A model generated the notes under the pieces. That model was given only the letters and a program-made list of their open reading frames with translations. It was not told where the DNA came from and did not search any database. This document shows positions 63,626-64,000 of a stretch of DNA of 64,000 nucleotides, one piece after another. Positions within the stretch are counted from its first letter, which is position 1; each line of letters begins with the position of its first letter. The DNA is taken from positions 19,742,428 to 19,806,427 of the forward strand of contig JAUZTB010000033.1 of assembly GCA_034780895.1 (NCBI GenBank), read 5' to 3'. A program made the position numbers and the translations under genes. The stretch is from Rhynchobatus australiae (lineage: Eukaryota).

Positions 63626-64000
63626 CAGTGGTATGCAAAAGTTTGGGCACCCCTGGTCCAAAANNNNNNNNNNAAAAATTCTATTACTGTGAATAGTTAA
63701 GTAAGTCGAAGACGAACTGATCTCCAAAAGTCAAAGTTAAAGATGAAACATTCTTTTCAACACTTTAAACAAGATTAGTGTATTATTTTTGTTTTGCACA
63801 ACTTTAGAGTGAAAAACAAAGGAGCACCATGCAAAACTTTGGGCACCCCAAGCGATTTGAGCTCTCATAACTTTTACCAAGGTCTCAGACCTTCATTAGT
63901 TTGTTAGGGCTATGGCTTGTTCACAGGAAAGGCCAGGTGATGCATATTTCAAAGCTTTATAACTACCCTGACTCCTCAAACATTGTCCCAACAATCAGCA
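63626..64000 (+). mobile_element. Tc1/mariner DNA transposon end with IR/DR architecture (continues beyond the window)
   Basis: TA (63624-63625) is followed by CAGTGGTATGCAAAAGTTTGGGCACCCC. An inner direct repeat ATGCAAAACTTTGGGCACCCC lies at 63829-63849, about 200 bp inside. Confidence 0.88.

Overview
Vertebrate genomic DNA, most likely from a cartilaginous fish. That inference rests on the repeat landscape: CR1/HER1-type LINEs, HE1-like and SacSINE1/Deu-like SINEs, and palindromic MITE-like elements. The window has many N gaps and no prokaryotic features. Two anchors are clear, both on the minus strand: coding exon 1 of HSD17B12 with its CpG-island promoter (6902-7073), and an intact mir-129-2 hairpin (21230-21318) about 14 kb upstream, matching the human MIR129-2-HSD17B12 order. 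Upstream of the miRNA, CpG-retaining domains carry three minus-oriented promoter-like modules built from CRE, MEF2 and TATA/CCAAT sites (~21.8, ~25.1 and ~33.5-34.9 kb), suggesting an activity-regulated host transcript. Mobile elements include an ERV env tail with 3' LTR at the left edge, many LINE/SINE relics, and a Tc1 IR/DR end at the right edge. Two unexplained decayed coding-like blocks are the best novelty candidates. One is a very AT-rich, apparently intronless block (~7.5-18.3 kb) with NACHT/STAND-like Walker A/B spacing. The other is a ~1.3 kb type-I membrane glycoprotein-like relic (~59.5-60.8 kb). Both come from manual translation only and are unverified. Repeat boundaries are approximate.
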